64,000 nt of DNA from Macrostomum lignano (Eukaryota): NCBI GenBank assembly GCA_002269645.1, contig NIVC01000356.1, positions 592,124-656,123 of the forward strand, written 5' to 3'. Position 1 is the stretch's first letter, and the number at the start of each line of letters is the position of its first letter. Positions 47,868-59,049 of the stretch are shown one piece after another. The position numbers and the translations under genes are program-made. A model generated the notes under the pieces. That model was not told where the DNA came from and searched no databases. It was given only the letters and a program-made list of their open reading frames with translations.

Positions 47868-50800
47868 TCAGGCTTCACCGCAAGTGCGTTTGTGTCGCGC
47901 CATGTTTGTCGCCGATAACGTTCTTCCGCACTTGTCGCATTCTGCTGTCTTCCTTCGGTATTTTCTTGCTCTTCTCTTGTTCTCCTCCATCTCCGGTGGA
48001 TTGTGGTGTTGTTCTTTACATGTCTTTCTGTGCCTCGCTAGGTTCGATTTTACGATTGTGCTTCCACATTGCTGACATTTTACTCTTGACGCATCTATTT
48101 CCGTCTCGCCTTGGCACACCTTCTCATGGTTTGCCAGGGTCGCTTCCTGTCGGAACTCCTTGTCGCATTTGTGGCATCTGAATTTCACCGGCTCTTTAAA
48201 CACGCGATGCATCCTCTTTTGGTGGATGGTTAGTCCGCCCTTGCTTTTACACACTTTGCCGCAGAGTTCGTATTCGCATTTGAAGCCATCTCCAACCTCT
48301 CTCGGGTTCGTTTTTACGTGGTACCGTTCTTGACTTCGTTCGATCAGGCTGTTGTTACTGTCCGTCTTGGCCTTTTTTCCTTGCACTCTCTCCCACTCTT
48401 GTAGGTGTACAGTCCGCTGGTGTACTACGTTCCGCCAGTGTTTCCTGTCTAGAACGTGGCGTTCGATGTCTTGCGGTTCCATACCGGCTTCCCGGATGAG
48501 GCGCTTCCAGTAGGATATGGTGTTGTTTTTCCGTTTTTTGCGCTTAGGGATCCTTTCCAGGCCTCTGTACCACCCTAATACGGCTTGCTTTATTTGTCTG
48601 TCGTCTTCCATCCGTAGGACGTGGCCAATCCTTTTTAGGTGACTTTTCTCAATCTTTGTTCTTAATGACACAACACCTAGTTCGTTGCGGATATCTTGCA
48701 TATTTACTCCTAGGCTTTCCATTTCGCGCAGCGGTTCCATTCTCTTGTTGGACCAAATGTTGCGGTATGTTTTGTCGATGAACTGTTGCATTTTCTTGAT
48801 TTCGCCGAGCAGGAACGGGCGGGTGTTCGCATGGAACAGGAGTACACTTTCCACGCACGCCTCGACCACTTTAGCTTGTGTGGTCTTTTTCAGGCGGCAT
48901 CGATGGAACCTTTTCCTGATCGCATTCCACGCTTTGGCGGCTCTCTGGATTCTTTGCTGTGTGTCGTATCTCCTATCCATCCACGACCCTAGGATGCGAG
49001 TTTTACCTCCGACGGATGTTCCTAGGGCCATCTCCTCCTGTTTCTCGTCATTTGTCAGTTCTTCGAACTTCTTCATATTCTCTTTGGTCGTTGTTAGGCT
49101 TCTCGTCAGTTCTCTGCCATTGCCTAGGATGGTGGTGTCGTCTGCAAAGAGCGATGAGGTCCACTTGACCGTTCGCATCTCCGAGTTGTACTGGTTGATT
49201 CTCTGAGGTGGCAAGGAGTGTCCAGGTAAGTACTTCCATTCCACCCCGCAGCTTAATCCTCTGCTGGCCGCTTCTGTCTCCCGAGTTTCTTCCGCTTTCC
49301 TGATGCTCGCCTGGTGGTAGATGTTAAATAATATCGGGGAAGTTGGGCATCCCTCGCGTAAGCCTCGCTCGGGTAGCCATGTTTCGCTTGATTTCTCCTT
49401 GCCTTGCACTTTATACGCGGTATGTTCATGCAGGTCTTTCAGTTTTTCGATCGTCTCTTGCGGCATCTTGTACGCTTGGAGGATTCCCCACAGGATCGGC
49501 TTGCACACTCTCGGATATGCCTTACGGAGGTCTAGGAGGATTGCCGTTTCTGTGTCTTCGATGTTGCAGTCTCCTGATGCTCTTTTTGTTTCCAGGTACT
49601 CGGCAATGTCCTCGTGCATCCTGGTGAATATCTGTGCGTTGTCCGCCGTCGATCTTCCACTTCGGAAGCCGTTCTGGTTGTCATCTAGCGCTCCTATCAC
49701 TTCTGCCCAATTCCGGATTCTGGTAGCCAGAATGCGGGCTAGTATTCTGCTGAGCATAGGTAATAGGCAGATTCCTCTGTAGTTATTCATGTCTGCTCGG
49801 TCTCCCTTCTTGAATAATGGAATAATGAGTCCAATTTTCTCGTTGTCATTCCATTTGTGCGCTCGCTCTTCAAACAGAAAGCGGATCCTTGCATACAGTT
49901 CTTTACGTACTGCGTCTGGGGCGATTCTAATGTATCTGATACGAAGTTCGTCCTCCCCGGGACTTCGGTCTTTCATTTCTTTAATGGCTGCTTCTATTTC
50001 AAGGTCCGTTGGGACTGTCGTCAGTTGTGTTCTTGTCTTTTCCGTATCTTCCTGTTCCTTCATGGTTTTGATTGATCTGATCAGTTCGGCTGTTTCGGTT
50101 TCCGGGTTTTCCAATCTAGTCCCTTGGATTCTTTCCAAATGGTTCTTGAAGTCATCTTCGTCAAAGTTGGTGTCTGTTCCGCTGTTGTTCCACTTTCCTC
50201 GCTTGTCCAACATCCTTAATTTCTCATAGACCACTGCGATCTGGCCTCTATCCGCGGCATTTCTGCATTCCTCAGCGATTGCGTCCCACCAGTTTTCCTC
50301 CCATTCCGCGAGCTTCTTTTTTATCTTTTTTCGGATAGTTGTAGTCGCTAGGCGGGCTAGGGTCGTCGCCGCCGAGGTGGGGTCTTCTCTGACGCATGCG
50401 TTGCGATGGGCCAGCGTTTCTGCCAGCTCTCTTTGTTGTGCCTCGTGTTCGTCCAGGTGGGGGGCCATCCACGGGTTCGTTACTCGTGTCACCGTGCCGC
50501 ATACGTGCCTTGCACTGTCGATGATTGAGTTTTGAACGTCTGTCCATTTCATGTCTGTGAGGTTCCTGTCCTGCTTCTCTCTTAGTTCTTCGAATCTTGT
50601 TAGTATTTCTTTTTTTAACTCAGATGCCTTGTTCTCGTCGTGGAGTTTCCTCCAGTCGATGTTCTTCCGCCTGCGTCTCGTCTGGTCCTTGACGTACTTG
50701 TTCCGTGTCCAGCCCCGAATTATGACGGTTTTGGGCAGGTGGTCCGACAAGTTGCACTTGTTGTGGTTCTTTATCGTTTTGACCAGGCGGTGTCTGTCCT

Positions 50801-51920
50801 GCGCGCGAGTTATGAAGCCGTCTATCTCATACCACGTGCCGGTGCTTGGATTTCTCCAGGTTCCCCGGTTTTTTGACTTGTGGAACGAGTTGATCCAGGC
50901 TAGATCATTTGTCACTAACCAGTTTGCGAGGTCTTCGCCCTGCTGGTTGGTCAGTGCTAAGCCAAACTTTCCTCGATGTTGCGCGTCTGTGCTTTCAAAT
51001 TTGCCAATCTGTGCGTTCATGTCACCGCCAATGATGATTGGTTTGTTCTTTCTTTCATTATGAATGTAACGTTCCAGGGTGTTTCTGAGCTCTGCTAGTT
51101 CCGTTTCGTAGTCCGGAGTGCCTCTAACTGGGCAGTACACGCTGATCAATGTCGCGTCGTATATTTCTATCATGATCGCTCTGTTCGTAATCTTCTTTTT
51201 TGATCCGCTGTCCTTCCACGTCTGGTACAATTCCTGGTTTAGGATGATGCCTGTTTTCTTGCCGTGAATCAGGAATGAATTTTGTTTCGGTTGGTGGTAA
51301 CTTCTTATTCCGTCTGACGGTGCCGATAACTCCGAGATGAGGGCTACCTCCCAATTCTCACTCATAATCTTTTTTGCGATCTCTCCAAAACGCGTGCCGA
51401 ACACGTTTGCCCGCTGGACATTCCATGTTGTTATTCTCAGCTCGTTGTTTAATGTTTCTCTGCGTTTGTTAATCTTCTTCGTTCTTCTTGTTCCACGGCG
51501 TCGGGTTCTTCTGATTAGTCTGCTTTTCTTCTCTTTTTGGGTTTTCGGTCGTTTTGTGCTTTTTCTTGGGTTTTCGGATTCTTTCTTTGGTCTTTCCTTC
51601 CTGTTTGGTCCTGGGTTCTTCTCTACTGTCGTCAGCTGTGCTTTCACTTCCGCCGACCTTTGTTTCCGGCTTGGTCTTGTGCGGCTCTGCTGTTCCTCTA
51701 GCTCTCTACCTTTGTGCTGTCCACTGGTTTTTGCCTGGTTAATCTCGGTACCCAGGTCGGCTACTTCTGGGTACCACGAGTGAAAAGGGCCGGTGTCGTC
51801 GTACTGGCTTCCGCCAGTGGCTTCGATCCATGGTCCCTTCCGTTTGCTCCCTTCTTTGCCAAGACTTTTTCGGGTCTTGTCCACTGGCCACCTCGTGAAG
51901 GTGGGGGAACAATCGGCCAG
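47868..51920 (-). CDS. RTE polyprotein: 2A-like peptide, AP endonuclease, reverse transcriptase, four C-terminal Zn fingers (one C2H2, three C2HC)
   Basis: VEKNPGP; ITTWNV, GGDMNA, EIDGF, LSDH (APE); SPGED, NYRGICLL, DLRKAY, REGCPTSP, FADD (RT); IGHVLRMEDDR and DRKHWR (RTE C-terminus). No stops. Confidence 0.92.
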   Translation of the reverse strand: MADCSPTFTRWPVDKTRKSLGKEGSKRKGPWIEATGGSQYDDTGPFHSWYPEVADLGTEINQAKTSGQHKGRELEEQQSRTRPSRKQRSAEVKAQLTTVEKNPGPNRKERPKKESENPRKSTKRPKTQKEKKSRLIRRTRRRGTRRTKKINKRRETLNNELRITTWNVQRANVFGTRFGEIAKKIMSENWEVALISELSAPSDGIRSYHQPKQNSFLIHGKKTGIILNQELYQTWKDSGSKKKITNRAIMIEIYDATLISVYCPVRGTPDYETELAELRNTLERYIHNERKNKPIIIGGDMNAQIGKFESTDAQHRGKFGLALTNQQGEDLANWLVTNDLAWINSFHKSKNRGTWRNPSTGTWYEIDGFITRAQDRHRLVKTIKNHNKCNLSDHLPKTVIIRGWTRNKYVKDQTRRRRKNIDWRKLHDENKASELKKEILTRFEELREKQDRNLTDMKWTDVQNSIIDSARHVCGTVTRVTNPWMAPHLDEHEAQQRELAETLAHRNACVREDPTSAATTLARLATTTIRKKIKKKLAEWEENWWDAIAEECRNAADRGQIAVVYEKLRMLDKRGKWNNSGTDTNFDEDDFKNHLERIQGTRLENPETETAELIRSIKTMKEQEDTEKTRTQLTTVPTDLEIEAAIKEMKDRSPGEDELRIRYIRIAPDAVRKELYARIRFLFEERAHKWNDNEKIGLIIPLFKKGDRADMNNYRGICLLPMLSRILARILATRIRNWAEVIGALDDNQNGFRSGRSTADNAQIFTRMHEDIAEYLETKRASGDCNIEDTETAILLDLRKAYPRVCKPILWGILQAYKMPQETIEKLKDLHEHTAYKVQGKEKSSETWLPERGLREGCPTSPILFNIYHQASIRKAEETRETEAASRGLSCGVEWKYLPGHSLPPQRINQYNSEMRTVKWTSSLFADDTTILGNGRELTRSLTTTKENMKKFEELTNDEKQEEMALGTSVGGKTRILGSWMDRRYDTQQRIQRAAKAWNAIRKRFHRCRLKKTTQAKVVEACVESVLLFHANTRPFLLGEIKKMQQFIDKTYRNIWSNKRMEPLREMESLGVNMQDIRNELGVVSLRTKIEKSHLKRIGHVLRMEDDRQIKQAVLGWYRGLERIPKRKKRKNNTISYWKRLIREAGMEPQDIERHVLDRKHWRNVVHQRTVHLQEWERVQGKKAKTDSNNSLIERSQERYHVKTNPREVGDGFKCEYELCGKVCKSKGGLTIHQKRMHRVFKEPVKFRCHKCDKEFRQEATLANHEKVCQGETEIDASRVKCQQCGSTIVKSNLARHRKTCKEQHHNPPEMEENKRRARKYRRKTAECDKCGRTLSATNMARHKRTCGEA

Positions 51921-51921
51921 C
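51846..51921 (-). ncRNA. Compact HDV-like self-cleaving ribozyme candidate at the RTE 5' end
   Basis: P1 GCUGGCC/GGCCAGU; P2 GUUCCC/GGGAGC; P3 ACC/GGU; L3 UUCACGA; P1.1 GG; P4 CAAGAC/GUCUUG; J4/2 CAAA. Confidence 0.82.
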
Positions 51922-51999
51922 TTTTGTAGACGTCCCCTCGTCCCATCGTCCCATCGTCCCCTCAAATTAGAGTGACCCCAATTAAGTAATTTCTGATTC

Positions 52000-54900
52000 T
52001 GCAGTCTGAGAAAGTTAATAATTTGCTTCGTTACTTCTTAGTAAAAAGTGACTATATGTTTAGATAAAATTTAACGTCAAACGTTTGACTAAATTTTATT
52101 ACAAAGCACTTTTGTTTCGCTACTTCTTTGTTATTCTTTAATGAGGCGCGATAATATCAAATAATCGTTTTCTAAGAACGCAAGAATAGAATGTAGCAAG
52201 ATTATGAATTAATAGAATTTGGTAACCGCTGCGGTCTGACTTCTGAAATATTCTCATTCAAGAATTTTCAACCCTGCTCTGAATTAATGAATTAGCCTAT
52301 CAAAAGTTGAGGATTTCGATTCATATTTTTCTAAGTTTGATTTATTAGCAACAATATTCAATAACCAATAATTCGCCATGGAGTTTTATAATCAATTATC
52401 AAAAACACTCAATGAATATTTTGTTTTCTATTGAGATCTAGGCCTAGTGTAATTCGTAAGTAAAGTCCATTATTTTTTGTTTATTGAAAGTATTAAGCTA
52501 GACCTGAATCTAAGAGTAAATTATTGAACTTACTCTTGCATCTTGCATCAATAAGATATCTAAATTGGGTTCTGGTTCTTTAAATATTGTATCTAATTTT
52601 GATCAAGAACTGCACTTAGTTTATCATTTCATTTTTATATTTTTATAATTTAATTTTATGAGTTGTTAATTTATGTTTTAAATATATTTTACTATCTCAA
52701 TTTGCATATTATTTCATTTAATCTTTCAAAAAATTATGCTTAAGAGAAGACAATGGTATAATTATAAATAAGACTTCTTTTTTAGTAGTTTAAGTCTTAA
52801 TTATAGCACAATAATGACAATATATTATAAAGAGATATAAAAAAGAGATAGATATTTTTACATTTAGGTTTTTCAATGCATGCTAAATTTGCTAACATAA
52901 AAAATGAAGTTATTGGAATATTAAAAATCTTTTATCTTTTATTTGATATGGCCCTATAAGCTTTTGACAGCAAAAGTTTTGTACATGAAATAAAATATGT
53001 TAATTAAACTAGGTTTAGATCCCAAAAATTGAATAGAATCATTGTTGTGTATGGACTTTTGGTTTAGTTTAGCAAATGCACTAATGCTTCCCTTCTTTTG
53101 TCTATAGTCTAGGGTACAATATTTTATTTTTTAAGAGCCAAAGGCTAACAGTATTACAAAGGGCAAGCAAGACATGCGCCAGCTAGAGGCAAATAAAGCT
53201 TGTGAACAGCTCGTATTTTAAATAATGCTTCTTTGACTTGACTTTGATGTCAGATGGTAGCCTGGAGGCAATAGTCGGTATAAAAGCAGAAGAAGAGGAC
53301 ATAATAATCCTAGATCATTACAACGCTATATTAATTTTACTTTGCTTTTGATTATTTATTTATTCAAAAATAAATAAATAATAAATAAAATTCTTATATC
53401 TAAAGCTCAGCAGACCAATCAATTGATCAATCAATTGACTGGCCAGGTTTAATATGAATCTCCTTTTTATTACTCTAAAAAAATTAAAACTCAAAAGACA
53501 ATGCATCATTTTTGCCCTTCTCTAAATTTCCTACAAATTAAACAAGAAAACATATTTATTTATTTGACTTAAGTAGTGGCATATAGAGTTAGCCCTACCA
53601 AAAGCAAAAGGGTTGCATGTTAAAGAGAATTCCTAATAGTACTTTTGTATATGACCTTGGATTAAAATTTGGCAGGGATATAAATTGAGATTTTGGTTGA
53701 CTAAAAGTCAATAAATTTATTCAAATTATGTATATATGCTAGGTAATTATGTATATCATTGCTATTACTTATATATAATATATATATAAACTGTATTTGC
53801 ATAGAAATTGCTTAGTTTTTGCTTATTCAAAGCAAGTGATTTTTTAGGCTGCTAGTGTTTGTAATAGTATTTTCTACCATAGAAGACAAAAAATTATTTA
53901 AAATATTTAACCATTTTTAATCAGTTGATATCTTAGCTTGTATCTTTCTATACATAGTTATATTAATGCAAAACATTTAGCCTAGTCTAATTGATTCAAG
54001 AATGAAGCATGATGCATGTATAAGCATAATGCAAGAATGATAGGAAACAATATCAACAAACGATGTCAATGTTAGAATTTTAGCTATGATACACTTGTCT
54101 TTGGTCTAGTAGAGTGTTTAATTATAATTTGGACAAAGCCTTTTACATGAATCTAGTTGGCTATCTAAGTGATAGTAGAATAGTAAAATGAATTTAATTG
54201 CAAATAAATATAACTGAATATAATATAGTGCAATATAATATGAAGTATATTAGTTTAATGGTACATTAATACCCATGCTTTAAAGGCATTAATGGGAAAA
54301 TCAGAGGGTGCCATTAGGTGCCCAAGGATTTCTCATTAACGCCTGCAAAGCATGGGTATTACTATTATTGTGCCATAGACATTTGTGTCCTTGACAAAGT
54401 AGGACAAAATAATTGGGCATTAAATGTCATTAACTGCCTATTAAATTGCATTAAAGTAAGTTTGACATAGACAATTGGGTGTTAAATGTCATTAACTGCC
54501 TGCTAATTTGCATTAAAGTAAGTTTAAAGCATTAAAGTCCTGCAAGCAGGCTTAAATGCAGTCTATGGCATTAAAAGGCAAGAATAAGTTCCAAAGGTCA
54601 TGGTACAATGTTTCCTTATAACACAGGTTTAGCAAAATATTTTTTAAATATGAAACTAATGATTCTTATCTATTGGTATATTTTAAAATGTCTTTGATCT
54701 TATATTCAACAAATAGTCTAGAAGCTTAGTTTTGTAAATTATTTTAGCTATATTTTAAATTGATAAAAACAATATGATAGTACTAAAATTGTATTATTCA
54801 TATTATCTATATCAATTTGTAAGTTTTATATTATTACATTCTCAATTAAAACATTGCTGTGTACCTCATAAGTTCAAGTAGGTTCCTTATAATTTGCAAG

Positions 54901-55200
54901 TATAGTGTACTCACAAACTATGTAAGCAGTGGGTTTATTTGTGGCAGATTTTTACTTATCTTTCTATAAGTTCATTTTTATTATATAGTATTATCTAGCA
55001 ATACAATATCAGACTAATAAAATTTAAATTGTTTTAGATTTTGTTTTTAAATATGAAAATTGTTATTCTCTACAAATCATAGCATCTATTGCAATGATCT
55101 TTTCATATCTTATTATATGCTGTCATAACTATCCTATCAAATATAGTCTAGTATGAGTATATTAGGCATTTATTCATTAATTTAGTAAGTAATATTAGTA
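52000..55200. other. Very AT-rich non-coding block
   Basis: No ORFs in the track; composition visibly far more AT-rich than the flanks. Confidence 0.7.
54272..54356. mobile_element. 85-bp CCC...GGG mini-MITE, 2-bp TSD TA
   Basis: 23-bp imperfect TIR cccatgctttaaaggcattaatg / cccatgctttgcaggcgttaatg, flanked by ta on both sides. Confidence 0.65.
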
Positions 55201-55210
55201 TGTATATATC

Positions 55211-55493
55211 CATACATGCGCAACCTCGAAAATTCAGTCGGCCGTGCGACTTAGTTTTAACAAAAATGCGACATAGTTTTTGGCCAAAAATGCGACTTAC
55301 ATGTAAAAAAACCCTCAAGAAAATTAACGCAACTTTGGGTAAACGGCAGGAGTAACTATGACTGTCTTACTAAGCCAAAATGCCTCGTCAGCTACTTAGT
55401 GCTACTACTTCGGTATTTTTTTTGGGTGGGCATTTTTGTGACTTCCTTGGTTGGCCGCCAAATCAGTCGGCCGCCAACTGTTGCGCATATATG
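55211..55493. mobile_element. ~280-bp MITE-like element in TA-rich context
   Basis: Terminal inverted catacatgcgcaac / catatatgcgcaac; internal repeated aatcagtcggccg and aaaatgcgac. Confidence 0.55.
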
Positions 55494-55699
55494 TATATAT
55501 CCTATTTGCCATTAGTAGCAATGGAGTAATGATTGCTATTATTTTTGGCTTGGCTAGCTAGCTCATTAAATAACAATTAACAAGTTCAGCTAGCAACATG
55601 TTACTTTTTCATTAAAGTTAATTAGTTCATTGACAAAAACTTGTTTTTTATCTAATGTCAATTTAAGCTTTGTCAATTTTTTATCATATGATAACTAAT

Positions 55700-56805
<1,106 letters not shown>

Positions 56806-57184
56806 TATTTGTCTAGTACTATTCACTACTACTTGCTATTTTATAAGATTTTATTTATACAGTGTCAGTAGTATTATTAAATTACACGCACCCCACATTT
56901 TTACATGTAAAAATGAATATAGTCCCCACCTACACTCGAACTGTAATACGCCTCCGTCAGTTCGAGCTAACGAACGAAACGCAACTCGCCCAAGCCGGCG
57001 TTCGATAAGGTACAAATCTTAGCTTTCTTATCTTAATACGACACACTAACCAACACTAGCGTTCTCCCAAAAGAAATATTGAATTCAAAGTCCAATTCTT
57101 CCTTAGCCTTGGCCATTTATTTCTGCAAAGTATATTTGACTGAATTCGCCGCAAGTCCATACGCATTAAAAACGAGTAAGCAAA

Positions 57185-57730
57185 TTACCGCAATCTAATA
57201 CGCAGATAGTTCATCGCGAAAGAACGCAAACGATTATAACAGCGCTTAAACAGATTCTCGGCGCCACCACCACTAATCATGCTCGCTAGAAAATCCTTCA
57301 AACCACCACCACGATGCAGTTTAAAGTATAAATAAAACAAAACCCATATACCACAGTGCAGACTTGTTGGTTCTTGAATAGCAAAACGCGAATATTCCCA
57401 ATTTCCCCCTCCACAATTCCGTATAAACCACCGACGTATTAACTCACATGGATTTAACCCCAAGGAATCGAAATACTCTCCCTTCCTAGAGCCCCTCCTA
57501 CCCAACCTAAAACCCCCCACCCATAACAAAACCCAATGAGAACCCGGCAAATTTGAAGTATCGGTATTCACGATCAGAAAATAATGCCTTCTGTCTCTCG
57601 GGATTCGCGGGATACTACTCAACAAATCGACAGGAAAAATACCCAAAAAACAAACGTCTTTAAAACCGTTACATAGAATAATCACAACACGTTGCAAGAA
57701 CAAGTTCGTTACACCTTCGCCTCGCCTCAT
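57185..57730 (-). CDS. Adenain-like cysteine protease
   Basis: IVNTD...GSHWV (His), YFDSLG (Asp), IQ...HCG (Gln/Cys). The ATG at 57730 overlaps the MCP stop (ATGA). Confidence 0.9.
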   Translation of the reverse strand: MRRGEGVTNLFLQRVVIILCNGFKDVCFLGIFPVDLLSSIPRIPRDRRHYFLIVNTDTSNLPGSHWVLLWVGGFRLGRRGSRKGEYFDSLGLNPCELIRRWFIRNCGGGNWEYSRFAIQEPTSLHCGIWVLFYLYFKLHRGGGLKDFLASMISGGGAENLFKRCYNRLRSFAMNYLRIRLR

Positions 57731-59049
57731 TTCCAAGCGGTTCCTGGCACAACGTCCCGCAGTTCGGTAATCTGTAGTTGCTTGTCGAAAACACCACCGA
57801 AAATAACGTTATAGACCTCCGCTGTAGCCGTTCCAAAACGCATCTCCAGTCGGACATTCCCTTCCTTATATAATTGTACCGCCGGCGCAACTCCCCCGTC
57901 AGATCCTAACGAATACGCGAGTATCGTATACCCTCCGTTGTAGTCCGCCATCGAGAACCCCAAATCCCGTCCTTGTAAATACAAACCCAGTTGTTGACGC
58001 AGAGTTGTATACTCCTTTGCACAATCCCCTGTGAAGTCGAATTGACTAGGCCGTGTCGGTACCGCCTCACCATTTACGTAAACTCCAACGCTGATCAAAT
58101 TCGCATGCACGAAATTGAACGGATTTGTCGCCAGACTTCCATTAAATGCAGTATTTCCAACGACTACCACCAGCAAAAGACGTGGCACTCCGCTCGGAAA
58201 CAGATTTTCGTGCGTATGGCTTAACGACCCTTGCGGTATTGTGAACGTACCCAATGATAAACTGCGATGAGGGTACAAGGCATTATGGGTCTTCAAACCA
58301 TGTGCATGGGCTCCAATCACACTGGCAGATGGCTGAACATACCGCAAACGAAGCTCCGCACTCTGAATCTCAACCTCGTAATCCTTTAACACTGCCTCAC
58401 CAATCTGTGCGGCACTTAACACGAATTTGCTCTTTGCCGGTAGTAACTTTATCCGCAAAGGCGTCTTTGACAACAAATACCGTGGCTGACGAAATAGATC
58501 CAAAAACAAAGGCCCTGAAACCGTACAAGTTCTCCCACCCGCAATTAGTGCCTGTCGCTTCACTCGCCCAACGTTCGCGACGCCGGTGGCATTCATTTTT
58601 CCAGCAGTGTCCTTGTAAAATCCCCAGGCAGCCAATCCGCCGTCTTGTCCCAACCGACCATACTCCAAAAGCGTCAGAAGCATGGCCTTGTACGGATACA
58701 TGAAGCTCCCGCCTTCAACGACCGTATCTCCTATCCGCAATTGCACGTCTTCGAACAGCGTACTCACCACCATGTTATTCAGACAGACATAGTTTTTCGC
58801 AGCATCCACAGCCCCTCCACTCTCGTCTACTACTCGGATTCCAACAGTTAGAACTGTTTCTTGTAAGTCGACATACAAATCTCCAGCCGGTACAATCTCG
58901 AACTCAATTGGCCCTCCTTGCGTAATCCCATGTTGAGGCTGTATATCCGTGTAGCGACTGTCCACAACACTGAATTGTACTGGTGGGCTGTCAAATAACG
59001 TCAACTCACTTTTCAATCCAGCGACGTCAGGCCCCAACAACTGATCCAT
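57727..59049 (-). CDS. Double jelly-roll major capsid protein (Polinton PY / hexon-like)
   Basis: KSELTLF..PPVQ, GPIEFEI, DLYVDLQET, LF..VQLRI, YPYKAM..LL.YG, P.LLLV, NPFNF, TILAYSL; intact 440 aa. Confidence 0.9.
   Translation of the reverse strand: MDQLLGPDVAGLKSELTLFDSPPVQFSVVDSRYTDIQPQHGITQGGPIEFEIVPAGDLYVDLQETVLTVGIRVVDESGGAVDAAKNYVCLNNMVVSTLFEDVQLRIGDTVVEGGSFMYPYKAMLLTLLEYGRLGQDGGLAAWGFYKDTAGKMNATGVANVGRVKRQALIAGGRTCTVSGPLFLDLFRQPRYLLSKTPLRIKLLPAKSKFVLSAAQIGEAVLKDYEVEIQSAELRLRYVQPSASVIGAHAHGLKTHNALYPHRSLSLGTFTIPQGSLSHTHENLFPSGVPRLLLVVVVGNTAFNGSLATNPFNFVHANLISVGVYVNGEAVPTRPSQFDFTGDCAKEYTTLRQQLGLYLQGRDLGFSMADYNGGYTILAYSLGSDGGVAPAVQLYKEGNVRLEMRFGTATAEVYNVIFGGVFDKQLQITELRDVVPGTAWK

Larger units (their letters stand above)
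47818..51921 (-). mobile_element. Full-length RTE-clade non-LTR retrotransposon
   Basis: Single long ORF and (GAA)n 3' tail. TSD (C)TTTTGTAGACGTC at 47804-47817 and 51921-51934. Confidence 0.92.
47397..51979. mobile_element. ~470-bp TIR element (MITE) interrupted by the RTE LINE
   Basis: ~50-bp inverted repeats gggtcactctaatttgaggggacg(a/t)ggggacg... at 47397-47446 and 51931-51979. Possible flanking duplication caattaagta. Confidence 0.65.

Noticed and set aside
51922-51965. N-terminal extension MRGRWDDG of the 1365-aa ORF
   Set aside because: It lies in the TSD and host MITE TIR outside the retrotransposon and starts at TTG.
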